From assembly GCF_026210795.1 (NCBI RefSeq), contig NC_089433.1:4278001-4342000 (forward strand): DNA of 64,000 nucleotides. The letters run 5' to 3'. Position 1 is the stretch's first letter. Every line of letters begins with the position of its first letter. This stretch comes from Rhizophagus irregularis. Lineage: Eukaryota. The translations under genes and the position numbers were made by a program. Positions 12,697 through 24,336 of the stretch are shown in pieces. The notes below the pieces were generated by a model, which was not told the origin of the DNA, made no database searches, and saw only the letters and a list, made by a program, of their open reading frames with translations.

Positions 12697-15600
12697 TTAA
12701 AATCGACACACCACCCTGCTAAAGCTGTTAGTAAGTTGCACCGTTAGACGACCCATAAAACCCGAATAGTGATTAAACCAAGGCAAACCATATTTCATCG
12801 AGTATTTCAAATAATCAACGTCAGAGTCACGTGCGGCGTCGGAAAGGGTCGGAGGAGGTAAAGTTGAGAAGGGTAAGTACGTAGACTTTGGCAAATTAGG
12901 AGGCCGAGAAAGTTTAAGTTTTTGAGTAATATTCATCACGTCTTCCCATTTAGATTTATCATAGGAGCGTGGTAGCCAAATTCGTTTTCTGATCTTTTGG
13001 ATAAAGTGATTGTGAATGGCAGAGATAACCTTCATCGCAGAGTTACGGGGAATAGAAAGTTCTTCAAAAAATTCGACAAAGGATTTCGGAAGGCAGCCTC
13101 GGACAAGGCTATATGAGGTCCAGTTAGAAGAAGAAAAGGACCAGCAAGGAAGGGATATAAATTTGTTAATAATTAAAGATGGATCTTTTTTAATAGATCA
13201 CCAGCTTCTTGAAGTTTGTTGATAAAATGTCTTTGATAGGAAAATAAAAGTTGTTCCATTGCAGTTCTTCGACATTTGCACATAAAAAGGTGCATAAAAT
13301 CTTCCTTCGATTCGAGGCATGAACGACATGATAAAATGTCGATATACAAGTCTGGGCGAATTCTTTTAAGAAGTTCCAAGGTAGGTAAATCTTCCAAAAA
13401 GAGTTTGAATTTGAAGGTGCGATGAGAAGAAGCATAAGCACGAGTAAAAGAGGCATCATGTTGAGGTTCAAAATTTAACGAGAACCAGGTAAGATCCCAA
13501 TCAACCACAAAATCTGGAATGAAAGATAAAGTAATGATAAAGTTAAAACGCGATAAACGCGTTAATCTTTGCATCCACAGCATCTGCGAATATTGCTTAA
13601 ATAAGCGGCGAGGATTCGATTCGCATAAAATATCATCATATTTTAAAATGAAATCATGAGGAGATACTTGATCCAGATCAGAAAGAAGAATTGCTGAAGA
13701 AGAAGTATGCGCAGAGTTGGCCAAAGAGTCCGCGTAGTCATTGTAAAAATTACCAGAGTGACCTTTCACTTTTACAGCCGTGACGGATAAAGATTTGGAT
13801 GAAATAAGATGTTCAATAAGAGCCCAGAATTCAAAATTGGTGGTCTTGTAATAAAGCCTACTATTGGAATAAGAAGAAGAGGCACATAGACGAAGACCAT
13901 CTATGGCAGATTGAGAGTCAATATAAATAGTGACCTTTGAAGAGGGAGGAGTGACCGTGAGGGCAGCATGTATAGCAGCAATTTCAGCTCTTGTAGAGGA
14001 AGGCCAATTATGGATAATTCCATAAGCATAAGCAGCAATAGATTGGAAAAAACCAGTGCCATCTAGGACTTGAACCCAAGACCAACCCATTGAAATATCA
14101 GGAGTGCCAAGGTTAATTAAAGAACCATCGGTATAAAAACAATAATGGTTATCAGGGGGAGTCGCTAACAGAGAAGCAGCAAAAGCAAGGGAGGTATCCG
14201 AGCCCAAGGGAAAAGAAGTAGGAGAAGGCACAGTATCCACGTCTACTTGTGAAAAATTAGGTTGAAAGTCCAGACGACCAAAGTATGTTCTTACAGTTTC
14301 ATCAAGGTCCGCCCAAGTAAAGGGAGAAGTAATATGGGTAGTATCATGTCTAATACGCTCCTGCGTAGTTGGAAGAATTAAAGATCTAAGAGGAGAGAGT
14401 TTTGGGATGATATATAGGGGAGTAACATCGGATGGTTGATTTTTAGTATGAGAAACCGGTACATGTTTAGAACAACCAGGACAAGGAGTGAGCGTGATAA
14501 CATCATTAGGTCGAGTCACACAATCAGAGGTCCAATGGACAATCTTGCAAGAATATTGTTGTTTGCTGAGCTGTTTTCCAAATAAAGGAGAACCATCTTC
14601 ATCCAAAGTCACGATCCATTTCATGGATTTTCGAGATGAACCAAAAGCTGGAACCAAGTCAATATTTGAAGGAATAGCTTCGGAGGAGAATTGATCCAAA
14701 AGCAGAGAATTGGAATTTGGAACGGTGACACATTGTTGGATGTCGTTGAACCATTTATGTGGGAGGACTCGATGACCTTTCCTACTTGACAGGTTGGATA
14801 AATAAACATTCCAAGTGATCATATGGGTTCCTTGAGGCGTGATGAATTGAGATAGGTAATAAAGTTGCAAACTTCTAAGACATCGGAAGTAAGATATAAA
14901 AATCTTTGGAGTCATAACTTCAAACAAAGGTGTATGACCATTAGATATAGTAAGGTCAGGCAAAGTTGAAATTGGAGAGTGCGACAACTTGAAAGGAGTG
15001 GCGGTCAGGAGAGCAATAGTGCAAGCGATATAATCCTGTTTAAAAGCAAAAAGTTTAGACCATATAGTCCAATCTTTAACTAACAAAGGGGAAACAGGAA
15101 TCAAAAAAGAAAATTGAATTAAACGTAATCTATATAAAAACAAACTTTTCATAAAAGAAGAAGAAGAATTAGCTAATAAAAATAAATTAGTTAAATGTGT
15201 TTGTGATTGGTGAAAAAATAAATTAATCAATCCCAAGCCTTGAGATAAAAACAGAATAGAATCTGGGAGAACACGTGAAAAATTGGCCTTATGTTTAACC
15301 AAGGAACGGATACTGCTGGTTGCCGAGGCACATTCAGGTTCGGAGAGGTGAGTGACTTGCATGCGATATTCCAATTTCGGAATAAGAACGGTATTGTGTA
15401 AGTAAACTACTTGTTTAGCAGATAATTTGGCAGGGCGAACGGTAGCAGCGAAAGAGTTACATTCTCTAGCAACTTGCTTTTTGACAAAATTGCGAGATCC
15501 AGCAACATTGAACCAGACGCCCAAGAAGCGGAAAGAGCTATTCATGGAGATGGGCACAATAGAAATGGAAGGAACTTTGTTCAATCCAGATAATTGCAAG

Positions 15601-18314
15601 TCAAACACGACTGGAAAAATTGAAGAAGCTGAAGTGGGAGGCAACGAATTAGTAATTAAAACATATTTGTTATGATTAGCGAAAGTATTATTGATTTGAT
15701 AAAATTCTTTCGTAATAGAAAGCATCGATTCCATTCCAGATTTGGATGATGAAATTAAAGTAGAATCATCCATAAAGACCAAGTTGTTGATTTGTAATCC
15801 ATCTGAATTTGTCTCAGCCAAGGGATTAGATAAAGAAGAAGCATGAAGCGTATATGGATCTATCATTTCATTCTTAAGAACAGTTAACAAAGGGTCTATA
15901 TATATAACCCAAAGTAAAGGGGAGATAACTTCGCCTTGATCTATACCAATGCGAACACGGTAAGAAGGAGTAGTACCATGAGCAGTATAAACGCGATTAG
16001 AGCGTTTCATGAAGAGAGATAAAATAAATTTTGTAGCAGAAGCAGGAAGTTTAATGCGTTCTAAAGCAAAACGCAATATCTTGAGATCAACTGAGTCGAA
16101 AGCCTTAGAAATATCTTGTGAAAGGATCCAAAGCGGTGATTTGTTGACATGGGCATCATGGATAATGGATTCGAGAATGACAATAGGGTTGCGACAGGAA
16201 CCACCAGGGAGACCGGCGAAGTTACCACCTTTGAGAACTTCATTTGAAGCCAAGATGGAAGCAAGACTATTGTAAAAAAGTTTGACCAAAGATTTCCTAA
16301 TTACTTCAAGTAAAGTAATAGGTCTTGTATTTTTGAGTTGACATTTCCATTCGTGAGGTTTAGGGATAGGGAAAACCATAGCTTGACGCCATAAATCAGG
16401 AATATCTGCAGTACGAAGACATGATTGGACTAAGATTAGAACCAAAGCTGAAGTGTCGGAACCCAAATGTTTAAGCATTTCATAGGTAATCATAGAGGGA
16501 CCAGGAGCTTTGTCATTAGGCATAGAAGAGACCGTAGACAACCATTCTTCCAGAGTAAGAGGATCCAATAAAGAATTATAAATAGAAGAATCTACATCAT
16601 CCATAGGGTGATAAGCAGAAGACCATCGTTCAGGGAGAGTTTGAATGTTATCAGGAGGAGATGATTTTATGGGCACGGAATTCTGGAAGTGGTTAATAAC
16701 AGCGTTGTCAATATCATGTGGATCCATTAATAATTTTGGATGTGTAGGGTGATCAATGAAAACATGATCCAAAGTGATACGACGTCGAGTCCTTGAGAGA
16801 GCAGAATCAATAAAAGAGGAAATATCAGTTTCAAAATTGTTGTCCCTGTCATCCAGTTTGGCACGAATAGAAGTATCTTGAAAATCTTTTTCTTTAAGCA
16901 GAAGGAGGCCGTGGAGGGCACTGGAAATAGTCTTTAAAGATTCTAATAAAAAATTAAAATCGTCTTGCCTACATGTGGATAAAGAAGTAGGTAAAATAGG
17001 GGGAGAAGGAATAACCTTCTTATAAAGATGAAGAATTTTTTGAAGTCGAATGAAATGAGCGGACCAAGTACGTTCATATCTATTATAATATGTAGAAGGA
17101 TATTTTCGCAATAAGTGTATCAAATGCAAGAGACGGCTGAGGAAACGATAATGTTGAGTTAAAGCTTCCAAATCCTTAGGCATCGTAGGTGTATATTGAT
17201 TTCCAACAGTGACAAATGGGAGGGAGGCATTAGCAGCTTTCACAATACGAGAATGTAAATATTCACATTGCTGATTGATGTGCCATGTTGAAAGGGTAGA
17301 AGGAGGAACGTCGCATAAGGAGTCAGTGGAAGCAGAAAAGGATTCCCATTGTTGAGTAGTGACTGAATCAAATTTGAAAATGCGGCGGGTTCATCGTTGA
17401 AGTTGTTTAGCACGAGCAACCTTGACAGACGCAGCCAAGAGTGAGTCGTCAAAATACGTGATAATAGGATTGTGGTCAGAAGAGCAGGTGTCTTGTGCAT
17501 CAAATATGTAGGAAGTGAGAGCAAAGCATTTTAACATCGGGCAAGACCAAACATAGTCTATACGAGTAACTTGGTCATCACGGTGAAATGTGCCTAAAGA
17601 AGTAGAAGCATTAACAGGAATAGTTTCTTCATAACCATGAAATAAAAGATAATATAACAAACGATAGGCTCGTTGAGAAGCGATAGCAGGGCGATTAAAG
17701 TAAATAGGATAATATATGTCTAAGTGTATATTAAAATCGCCACAAAGGGCGTGATAAAAATTTTGTTGTTTGGTTTGCACCAATAATTGTAAAAGAATGT
17801 CAATAGTTTCTGATCGTAATTTAGAATCAGAAATAGAAGGAATATATATAACAAAAATGCGTAATTTAACGTTGCCTTTAAAATATAAATCAACAGATAA
17901 AATACGTGAGGAGTGCGAAACAAAATCTTGTACATGGGAAGCAAGAGACTTTTCAATAAAAAGGGAAACGCCACCAGTAGATTTAACTTGTTTAGTTTTA
18001 TCTATATCAGATGAAAAGACAGTATAATTAGGGAGGCGTTTAGATAAAAAATGAATTTGTTTGGGAGATAAGTGGGTATCTACGATACCACCAAAGGAGA
18101 TATGTTTAAGGTTGAAGAAGTTGGAGATTTGTTCAAATTTAACTTGACTATTATGGCGAAGACCATTAACATTAAAGGATGAGATATTAAAAGAATTAGG
18201 GATAGGGAAAGAATTTGGGGTAGTAAATAGAGATTCATGTTCTGAAAAATTATAAGTATCTACGGGGTTGGGTGGGTTACGAACAAATGTATCATAATTA
18301 AAATTGTCTGACAT
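12697..18314 (-). pseudogene. LINE ORF2: AP endonuclease, reverse transcriptase, RNase H, CCHC finger (one nonsense codon, one frameshift)
   Basis: APE: SFNVNGL, GDFN, RIDYVW, SDH. RT: KAPGP, RPITLL, DISKAFDSV, QGEVISP, FMDD, FLG. RNase H: YTDGS, RAE, DSQ, KVKGH, ADSLA. CRSC...HLFMC. In-frame TGA at 17391 and a 1-nt loss in the A-run near 13190. Confidence 0.92.
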
Positions 18315-18362
18315 TAGAGCACAATGATAATAAGGAACGGGGAAAAGGAATCAAGAAGTCAG

Positions 18363-20480
18363 TTATTGCGAAGGAGCAGAAGCTCGATCGGAGGGAGAAC
18401 CACCAAGAGAAGTGATAAAACCTTGAATAGAACCAGTGAGCGATTGTAAAGTATCTTTAATCGCTTTCTGATCTTGAATAACAGAGTTCAATTCATCTTG
18501 CGGGGAAGGGCTAGAAGTGGATACGGGAGCAGAGTGTGGGGCTTTGTTGGATGTAGATTGAGAAGAGGAGGATGTCATAGGATCAGAAGATAAGGGAGCA
18601 TTGGGATGCTGGATTAAAGTGCCAGTAGTTTCAGGAGGGTCTTCTTCCATTCGATCAGGTACAGAATTAACTGTAGGTGCAGAAGGAGGACTGATGCCTA
18701 AATGGGCTTCTATAGCAGAAAGCCGTTGGTTGTTAAGTTCGAGATTTGAGATGCGGGATTCCACCCGAGCAACATCTTGTTGAAGGTTCTTTAAAACATT
18801 AAGAATGTTGAGAGCGGCTTCAAGTGCACTAGAAGAGGTCGGATCAGGGAGCGGAGCACGAGCATTAGACGAAAAAGAAACAGATCTATCTTTGCCTTTA
18901 CGGTTATTCGAAGGTGCACGTCCATGGGCAGGTGAACCAGAGGAGGGGGGTTTGTTATTGTTATTGTTATTACCATTAGTATTAGAGTTATTGGAATTGG
19001 AATTAGAACGGTGAGCAGAAGCAGAACGATCCCGAGATTTGGACTGAGAACGAGAGCGAGAATTATTGCGTGGCGTTCTTTGTTGGACGGGCCTTTGGCC
19101 AATATTGAAACGTTCTTTAAGAGCAGCCACAGGGTCACGTGTACGTGAGCGACCACGGCGTTGATTAAGCGGGCAAGAGGTAGGAGCACAACCAAGTTTA
19201 CCACAACGATGGCAAAGAGCTTTCGAATCGTTGGATGAACCCCATCGAAGAGTACGACCTTGAAAACCAATAGTTTGCTCTATAGCGGCATCCATTGTCT
19301 CTTGCGAGTTGAAGGTAACATAAGCCCAAGGTTTAGGTTTATAAGAATTCAGGGAAAGGGGAATATTAATAGCTTTTGCTCCATGTTCTTTAACCAGAGG
19401 AGCGAGATGAATATCTTTAGTATTAGCGGGAAGTCCAGAGAGAACAGCCACGAATGCTCTACGAGCGGCTTTTTGATCTAAGGAGTAGTGGTAAGGGGTA
19501 ACACGCAAGCAGGTGGAAAAGCAGTAAACTGCCCATTGAGTAGTGAAACGGGAAATGGCATCGGCATGATCATAGACAATGCGGGCTTGTTGCATCTTAG
19601 CACCTTTTCTCGAGTAAAGATGGATGGTAAGGAGATTGCCAAATTTCTTGAAATAGGATTGGAGTTGCGGTTTAGTAATGAAGAACGGTATATCCGTTAC
19701 TTGAATTGCATGGAGGTCTTCATCGGACCGGAGCTGTTTGGGATCGTACAGATGGAATTGTAGGTCTGGAAAATCAGAATGTGTGCTACCAACACACAAG
19801 TCACGAGCCTCCGCAATATGAAAATGTATGATGAGACGTTTAGCGTCCCCTGAGCCAGTCATACGTGCACGATTGGTATATGATTCATAAGTTTCTAAAA
19901 ATAAGTTGTTGACAGCTTCTATAATTGCCTTATTAGTTTTAAGTTTCTCAAGAGTTTGGGGAGCGGAGTTGGGCGCAGCTGCGGTCAGGAAATCTTGACG
20001 ATTAATGGTAATGGTGGGGAAGGGATCAACATCCTGATCGGGCGATGTGCCATCATTCACGTCCATATTAGGGGATGCGTTAGGGGGTGAATTATTTTCT
20101 TTGTTTCGAGGTGCATGAATAGACGCGTCAGCTCCAGAGGACGCGCCTTGGCCAGGCGCAGTAGGCGCAGCAGAATTATTCGGGGTAGAAGCTTGAGTAT
20201 TTTCTTGGGCAGTGCTGCAGAAATTATTTTGTTGAGGAATAGCGGTCGAAGTTGAACCAACTAAACCACCGTCAGCCGGCGCGTCGGCAACGAAATCTTT
20301 ATAGTCTTCATCCATGGAGTCCTTTGTAAGTATACGGGAACGTTTTTGAGTATTGTTATCACTATCAGAACCAGAATAATCAGAGAGTTGTTTTTTGTTA
20401 TTTTTCTTTTCTTGACGAGCAGCCTTATTACTGTTGGGATTATAGCTGCCGCCACCTCTTCTAGCAAGGTTTCTAGACAT
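18363..20480 (-). CDS. LINE ORF1 (RRM-like domains, zinc knuckle, coiled coil)
   Basis: IQVTDIP...YFKKFG and VLSGLP...WAYVTF RRM-like segments; CHRCGKLGCAPTSC knuckle; RS-rich region; directly upstream of ORF2. Confidence 0.85.
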   Translation of the reverse strand: MSRNLARRGGGSYNPNSNKAARQEKKNNKKQLSDYSGSDSDNNTQKRSRILTKDSMDEDYKDFVADAPADGGLVGSTSTAIPQQNNFCSTAQENTQASTPNNSAAPTAPGQGASSGADASIHAPRNKENNSPPNASPNMDVNDGTSPDQDVDPFPTITINRQDFLTAAAPNSAPQTLEKLKTNKAIIEAVNNLFLETYESYTNRARMTGSGDAKRLIIHFHIAEARDLCVGSTHSDFPDLQFHLYDPKQLRSDEDLHAIQVTDIPFFITKPQLQSYFKKFGNLLTIHLYSRKGAKMQQARIVYDHADAISRFTTQWAVYCFSTCLRVTPYHYSLDQKAARRAFVAVLSGLPANTKDIHLAPLVKEHGAKAINIPLSLNSYKPKPWAYVTFNSQETMDAAIEQTIGFQGRTLRWGSSNDSKALCHRCGKLGCAPTSCPLNQRRGRSRTRDPVAALKERFNIGQRPVQQRTPRNNSRSRSQSKSRDRSASAHRSNSNSNNSNTNGNNNNNNKPPSSGSPAHGRAPSNNRKGKDRSVSFSSNARAPLPDPTSSSALEAALNILNVLKNLQQDVARVESRISNLELNNQRLSAIEAHLGISPPSAPTVNSVPDRMEEDPPETTGTLIQHPNAPLSSDPMTSSSSQSTSNKAPHSAPVSTSSPSPQDELNSVIQDQKAIKDTLQSLTGSIQGFITSLGGSPSDRASAPSQ

Positions 20481-20746
20481 GTTAGAAGGTATGAGTTGGG
20501 TAAAATATAAGAGTTGTTAGTACGAAGATATAAAATTTTCTTTCCAAAAATTTTTGGTCAATAGATCGGCGGTAAGAGATCTATCAGTCCTTATCATCAG
20601 TCCTTATCAAAAAATACAAGAATACCTGATGATGAGGTTACATGGTCATCAGTCCTTATCAAAAATGCAAGAATACCTGATGATAAGGTTACATGGTCAT
20701 CAATCCTTGTCGAAAAAATGCAAGGATACCTGATAAATAAGTTACT

Positions 20747-21053
20747 GGGTTATTGGCCTAGAATGCATTCATGGAAAAACTATGGATTATATTACAGAAA
20801 ATGTGAACGGAGTTCATGTCACATGATACCCTGAACAAATGTGTAGAGTGTCATGTGATTTCACGCAGTATGTAGATTATTTCCTTTTTAGGCGATACCA
20901 TTTCACAAAAATCGATTTTGGTAAAAATGCGTTGGGAATCTTGTGTAACATAAATTTCCTTTTTAGGTAATTCGGGATTACGCGGTAATGCCGGCCGGAT
21001 CTAAAAAATATGACTCTGCAGAGTAATTCCTACAAAAGTCAAGTACAAAATGC
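20747..21053. mobile_element. 307-bp insertion without TIRs, flanked by TTACT direct repeats
   Basis: Absent from copy B; TTACT at 20742-20746 and 21054-21058. Confidence 0.75.
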
Positions 21054-21072
21054 TTACTCCTGTTGAGTCCAT

Positions 21073-21720
21073 TCATACCACCCCCAGTCCCCAAGGATCG
21101 CCTCCCCATCTATGTTCACTTAATGCATGCTCTATGGCAGTGATGTGGCGGGACAGTGTCCCACAAAATTTCGATGTCCTGTCCAAGTCCAATTTCATTT
21201 GTCCCGTCCTGTCCTGTCCAAAATATTGTCCAATTTATTAATATTATATATAAATCATATATATAAATCATATATCCTCTTATAATGAATTTTTGTCCTG
21301 GACATCAACAACATCTTGTTCAAGTCCTGGACTGTTCCGTCCTGTCCCATCCAAGGACATGTTCCAGTCCCAGTCACAACACTGCTTTATGGTTTCCTTC
21401 TCTTGGGGGTCCACGACCATCCCATTCCTAAGCATTTTCTCCATAATATAAAGCTGATCCTCGGTGAGGCAGTCTATCCATCTTTTATAGAAGTCGTTTA
21501 CATCTTCAAATGATATCCAGTCAATATTCCCTTTTTCAAACAGCTTTCCAAGAGCTTGGACATGCCCAATTGTAGTAGCGTAATTTTTCCATCTCTTATA
21601 TGCTTCTTGACGAACCTCCTGCCACTACACACTATCTACTTTACTCGCTGCAATAAGGTCAGTATCTGGGATCTTTGCAACAATGCGTTCGACTATTTCT
21701 ACTGGTAATCAGTCCAACAT
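21073..21720 (-). pseudogene. F-box-like protein 1, copy A (early stop, small deletion, MITE insertion)
   Basis: Homologous to 39041-39439; reads ATG TTG GAC TGA; interrupted at 21138-21384. Confidence 0.75.
21138..21384. mobile_element. hAT-type MITE (247 bp)
   Basis: Termini CAGTGATGTG...CACAACACTG; 8-bp TSD CTCTATGG/CTTTATGG; absent from copy B; internal TGTCC repeats. Confidence 0.85.
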
Positions 21721-21813
21721 GATGTTATGTTACTTATACTATAGCCATCTTCAATTACTGTATGCCCATTACAAATGGATAAAAAATATAAACTAAATTC
21801 GTACAGGAGCCGC

Positions 21814-22283
21814 TTATGCAAGAAGTTCTGCTAAGGTTTTCTCAGCCTCATTCATAGTGACAGCTTGCTTTGGGGACCTGTTAATGAGTCCTTAGTTACA
21901 TTATAATACAACTCGAAGAGGGCCTCAAGTTTGTCTAAAAGAGCTTGTTTATTCTTGTATGATTCACAAATCTTTGCTATCTTAGCAGTATATGCTGCAT
22001 TATCTGGGAAGAGTTTTCTGGCCATGAACTTCACATATGATACAGGAGACTTTGCTGTCTGGATTCTCTTGATATACTTCACATGATCCTGGACAAGGTA
22101 GCTGGTTTTGCTAAACCCAGATACTAATGCGACTACTATAGTGTCTTTTAATGCACGGATAATCTTGAAGACAGTTTCATCAGAGACAATGGTGAACTGA
22201 TTGCATGATGCATCATAAATAACTTCATCACTAATGCTGTCAGTGCAGTTAATAATGCTTGCTAATTCAGTATATGTTGATAT
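21814..22283 (-). pseudogene. Hypothetical 156-aa protein, copy A
   Basis: Homologous to 39533-40003; start codon mutated to ATA and a frameshift near 21865. Confidence 0.7.
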
Positions 22284-22396
22284 GATTCCTTATACTTTTT
22301 TGTACTTTGTAATAAATAGGAATCTTCAAATTGACTTTACATTCAAGCAAGAAAAAATATATATACCTACTGTAAATCCAACTGCATTCTTGGCAA

Positions 22397-24252
22397 TCAT
22401 GTCCAGATAACCTTGTTTGCATTTTTCACATGGCAGTATCCTGCAGTTTCAAACTTGAGAGCTTTCAATGCTTTGGATGCATTTTCTGGACAAGTGATAA
22501 GTGTAGGACTACTCGGCTGTTCCTCTAGAATAAATCCATCTGTATGGATGCGTCGTACTTTATCCTTATATGGTTCTAATAACTCTGAAGTCATCTTCCG
22601 TCCATGTGCTAATAAGAATGGAGCAATCCTAGGATACTCACCCTTGAAGGGACTACCTGGGTTTGTGAATTGGAATCGCCACTGGTCAGATCCTACTGGT
22701 ATGATGGAGTCAAGTGTGTGGCCTTCTGGAAACTTGAATGGATTTGTTTGATCTGTGGTGAGTGTCTTGTAATTGCGTTTCCTCTGGCAGAGTGCTCCCC
22801 ATAATGTATTGAGAACTCTCTTTGCAATACGACCAGCCACGCCACCCTGGTTCTTTATATTGAAGAGAAAGTGAACATACTCACCAAATATTACAGTCCC
22901 AGGAATTCTTGCTTCTCTGTCATATATCAAGGCATTTGGCTTTCCATCCTGGATTAACTGTATATCAAGACCAAGTTTCTTTGCTCGTTGTAAGTCAATG
23001 AATGTATAGACTCCCCTCTTATTCTGTCGGAAGAGAATGTCATTACCACTTACCTTAGCACGAAATAATCCATACAAGGCATAACCTCTGTGGTCTACAA
23101 AGTCTTTGAGTATTTGAAACTTACCTTGTTGGATTGGAAAGTTAGCATTCGATTGCTGAATACTTGGATACAAACTTGTCATGTCGTATTGTCTTCCATA
23201 GCCCTTCCATTCATTATCTGCCCAGATAAGACCTCCCATCATTGCATCACTTATCCACTCTGCTTTGACTGGATCAAGAGGATCATTAGCTGGAACTCCT
23301 ATACTAAACCGTTTAAAAAGCCAGAGAGCAGTTCTCTTGTACAACCAGTTGTGGTAAGATAAGTCGATTCCTAGACCGAACTTCTTTGTAGCCTGTAAAA
23401 AAAATCCCGCTCTTCATAGATCCTCTGGTATGTTTCCTCAAGTATTTCATATATTCCAGTTTTACGATTCTTCTCAATAGGGATGAAGGAGTAACTATCA
23501 GAGTTCTTACCTTTCTGAAACTGTCCAACTGTAAGAGACTTAACTGTCTTACCATTGTATATTGTTACTACATTATTAACCCCATCTTCACGATAAACAA
23601 AGGGAGACTTTTGTTTTCTATCTAATTTACTAGGGTGAAGTCTTCCAGGATTCAGTGCAAGAGAGTAGTGGCCTTCAGACAGGATGAAGGTTGCACGTCT
23701 GTCAGATTTGCTTTTGGAAATTCGAGTGGAATCCCCTACAATATTAAGTGCAAGGCTTCCTGCAAGTTGTTCAATCTTATCCATATATGAGACTAGAACT
23801 GGAGCATCACGATTGAGACCTAATGCCTTTTTGATATATTCAGGCTTTTTTATAGTCTCGGATATTTTAGAGAATATACCATAGATATGCTTCAGGCATT
23901 CATACAGGCAATCATTTAGCTCCCCATTGCATCCCCCTGCAACCGGTGGAGCATCTCTCACATAAATTATGAATCGTTCAAAGTAATCAGGATCTGCATC
24001 ATCTGGTAGTTGTGCTTCATCATAGTGGTCCAAGAGTGAGAAGAGGCTGGCTGGTTGGTTTCCTGATGTCCATCCACCGGGTTTCCAGTTTTCATAGGGA
24101 AGTAGGATCTGGAACTTTCTATCTGGAAATCACGCCTGGAGAGTCTGACCGAGTCTGGCGATAGCTCCTCTGGAAAAGCGGGCACTGGAATACTGAAGTT
24201 CCTTAATGTCAGGTCGTGTTGGTAAAGTGCGGGCGATTCTTGAGTATTGCAT
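22397..24252 (-). pseudogene. Family B DNA polymerase (protein-primed type), copy A
   Basis: AMMGGL, YDMTSLYP, KRVLNTLWG, IHTDG; stop near 24130 and frameshift near 23400. Confidence 0.88.
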
Positions 24253-24336
24253 TTTTATGTATATGATTTGTCTTCAACTATAAATAATATCTTTCTATAT
24301 ATATACGAAAAAAAAAGAAATAATCTCAAATAGCGC

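Larger units (their letters stand above)
12429..20593 (-). mobile_element. Full-length non-LTR retrotransposon (LINE; APE-RT-RNase H) inserted in copy A
   Basis: Absent from copy B; ~17-bp TSD TCATCAGTCCTTATCAA at 12412-12428 and 20594-20610; ORF1 and ORF2 on the minus strand. Confidence 0.93.
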
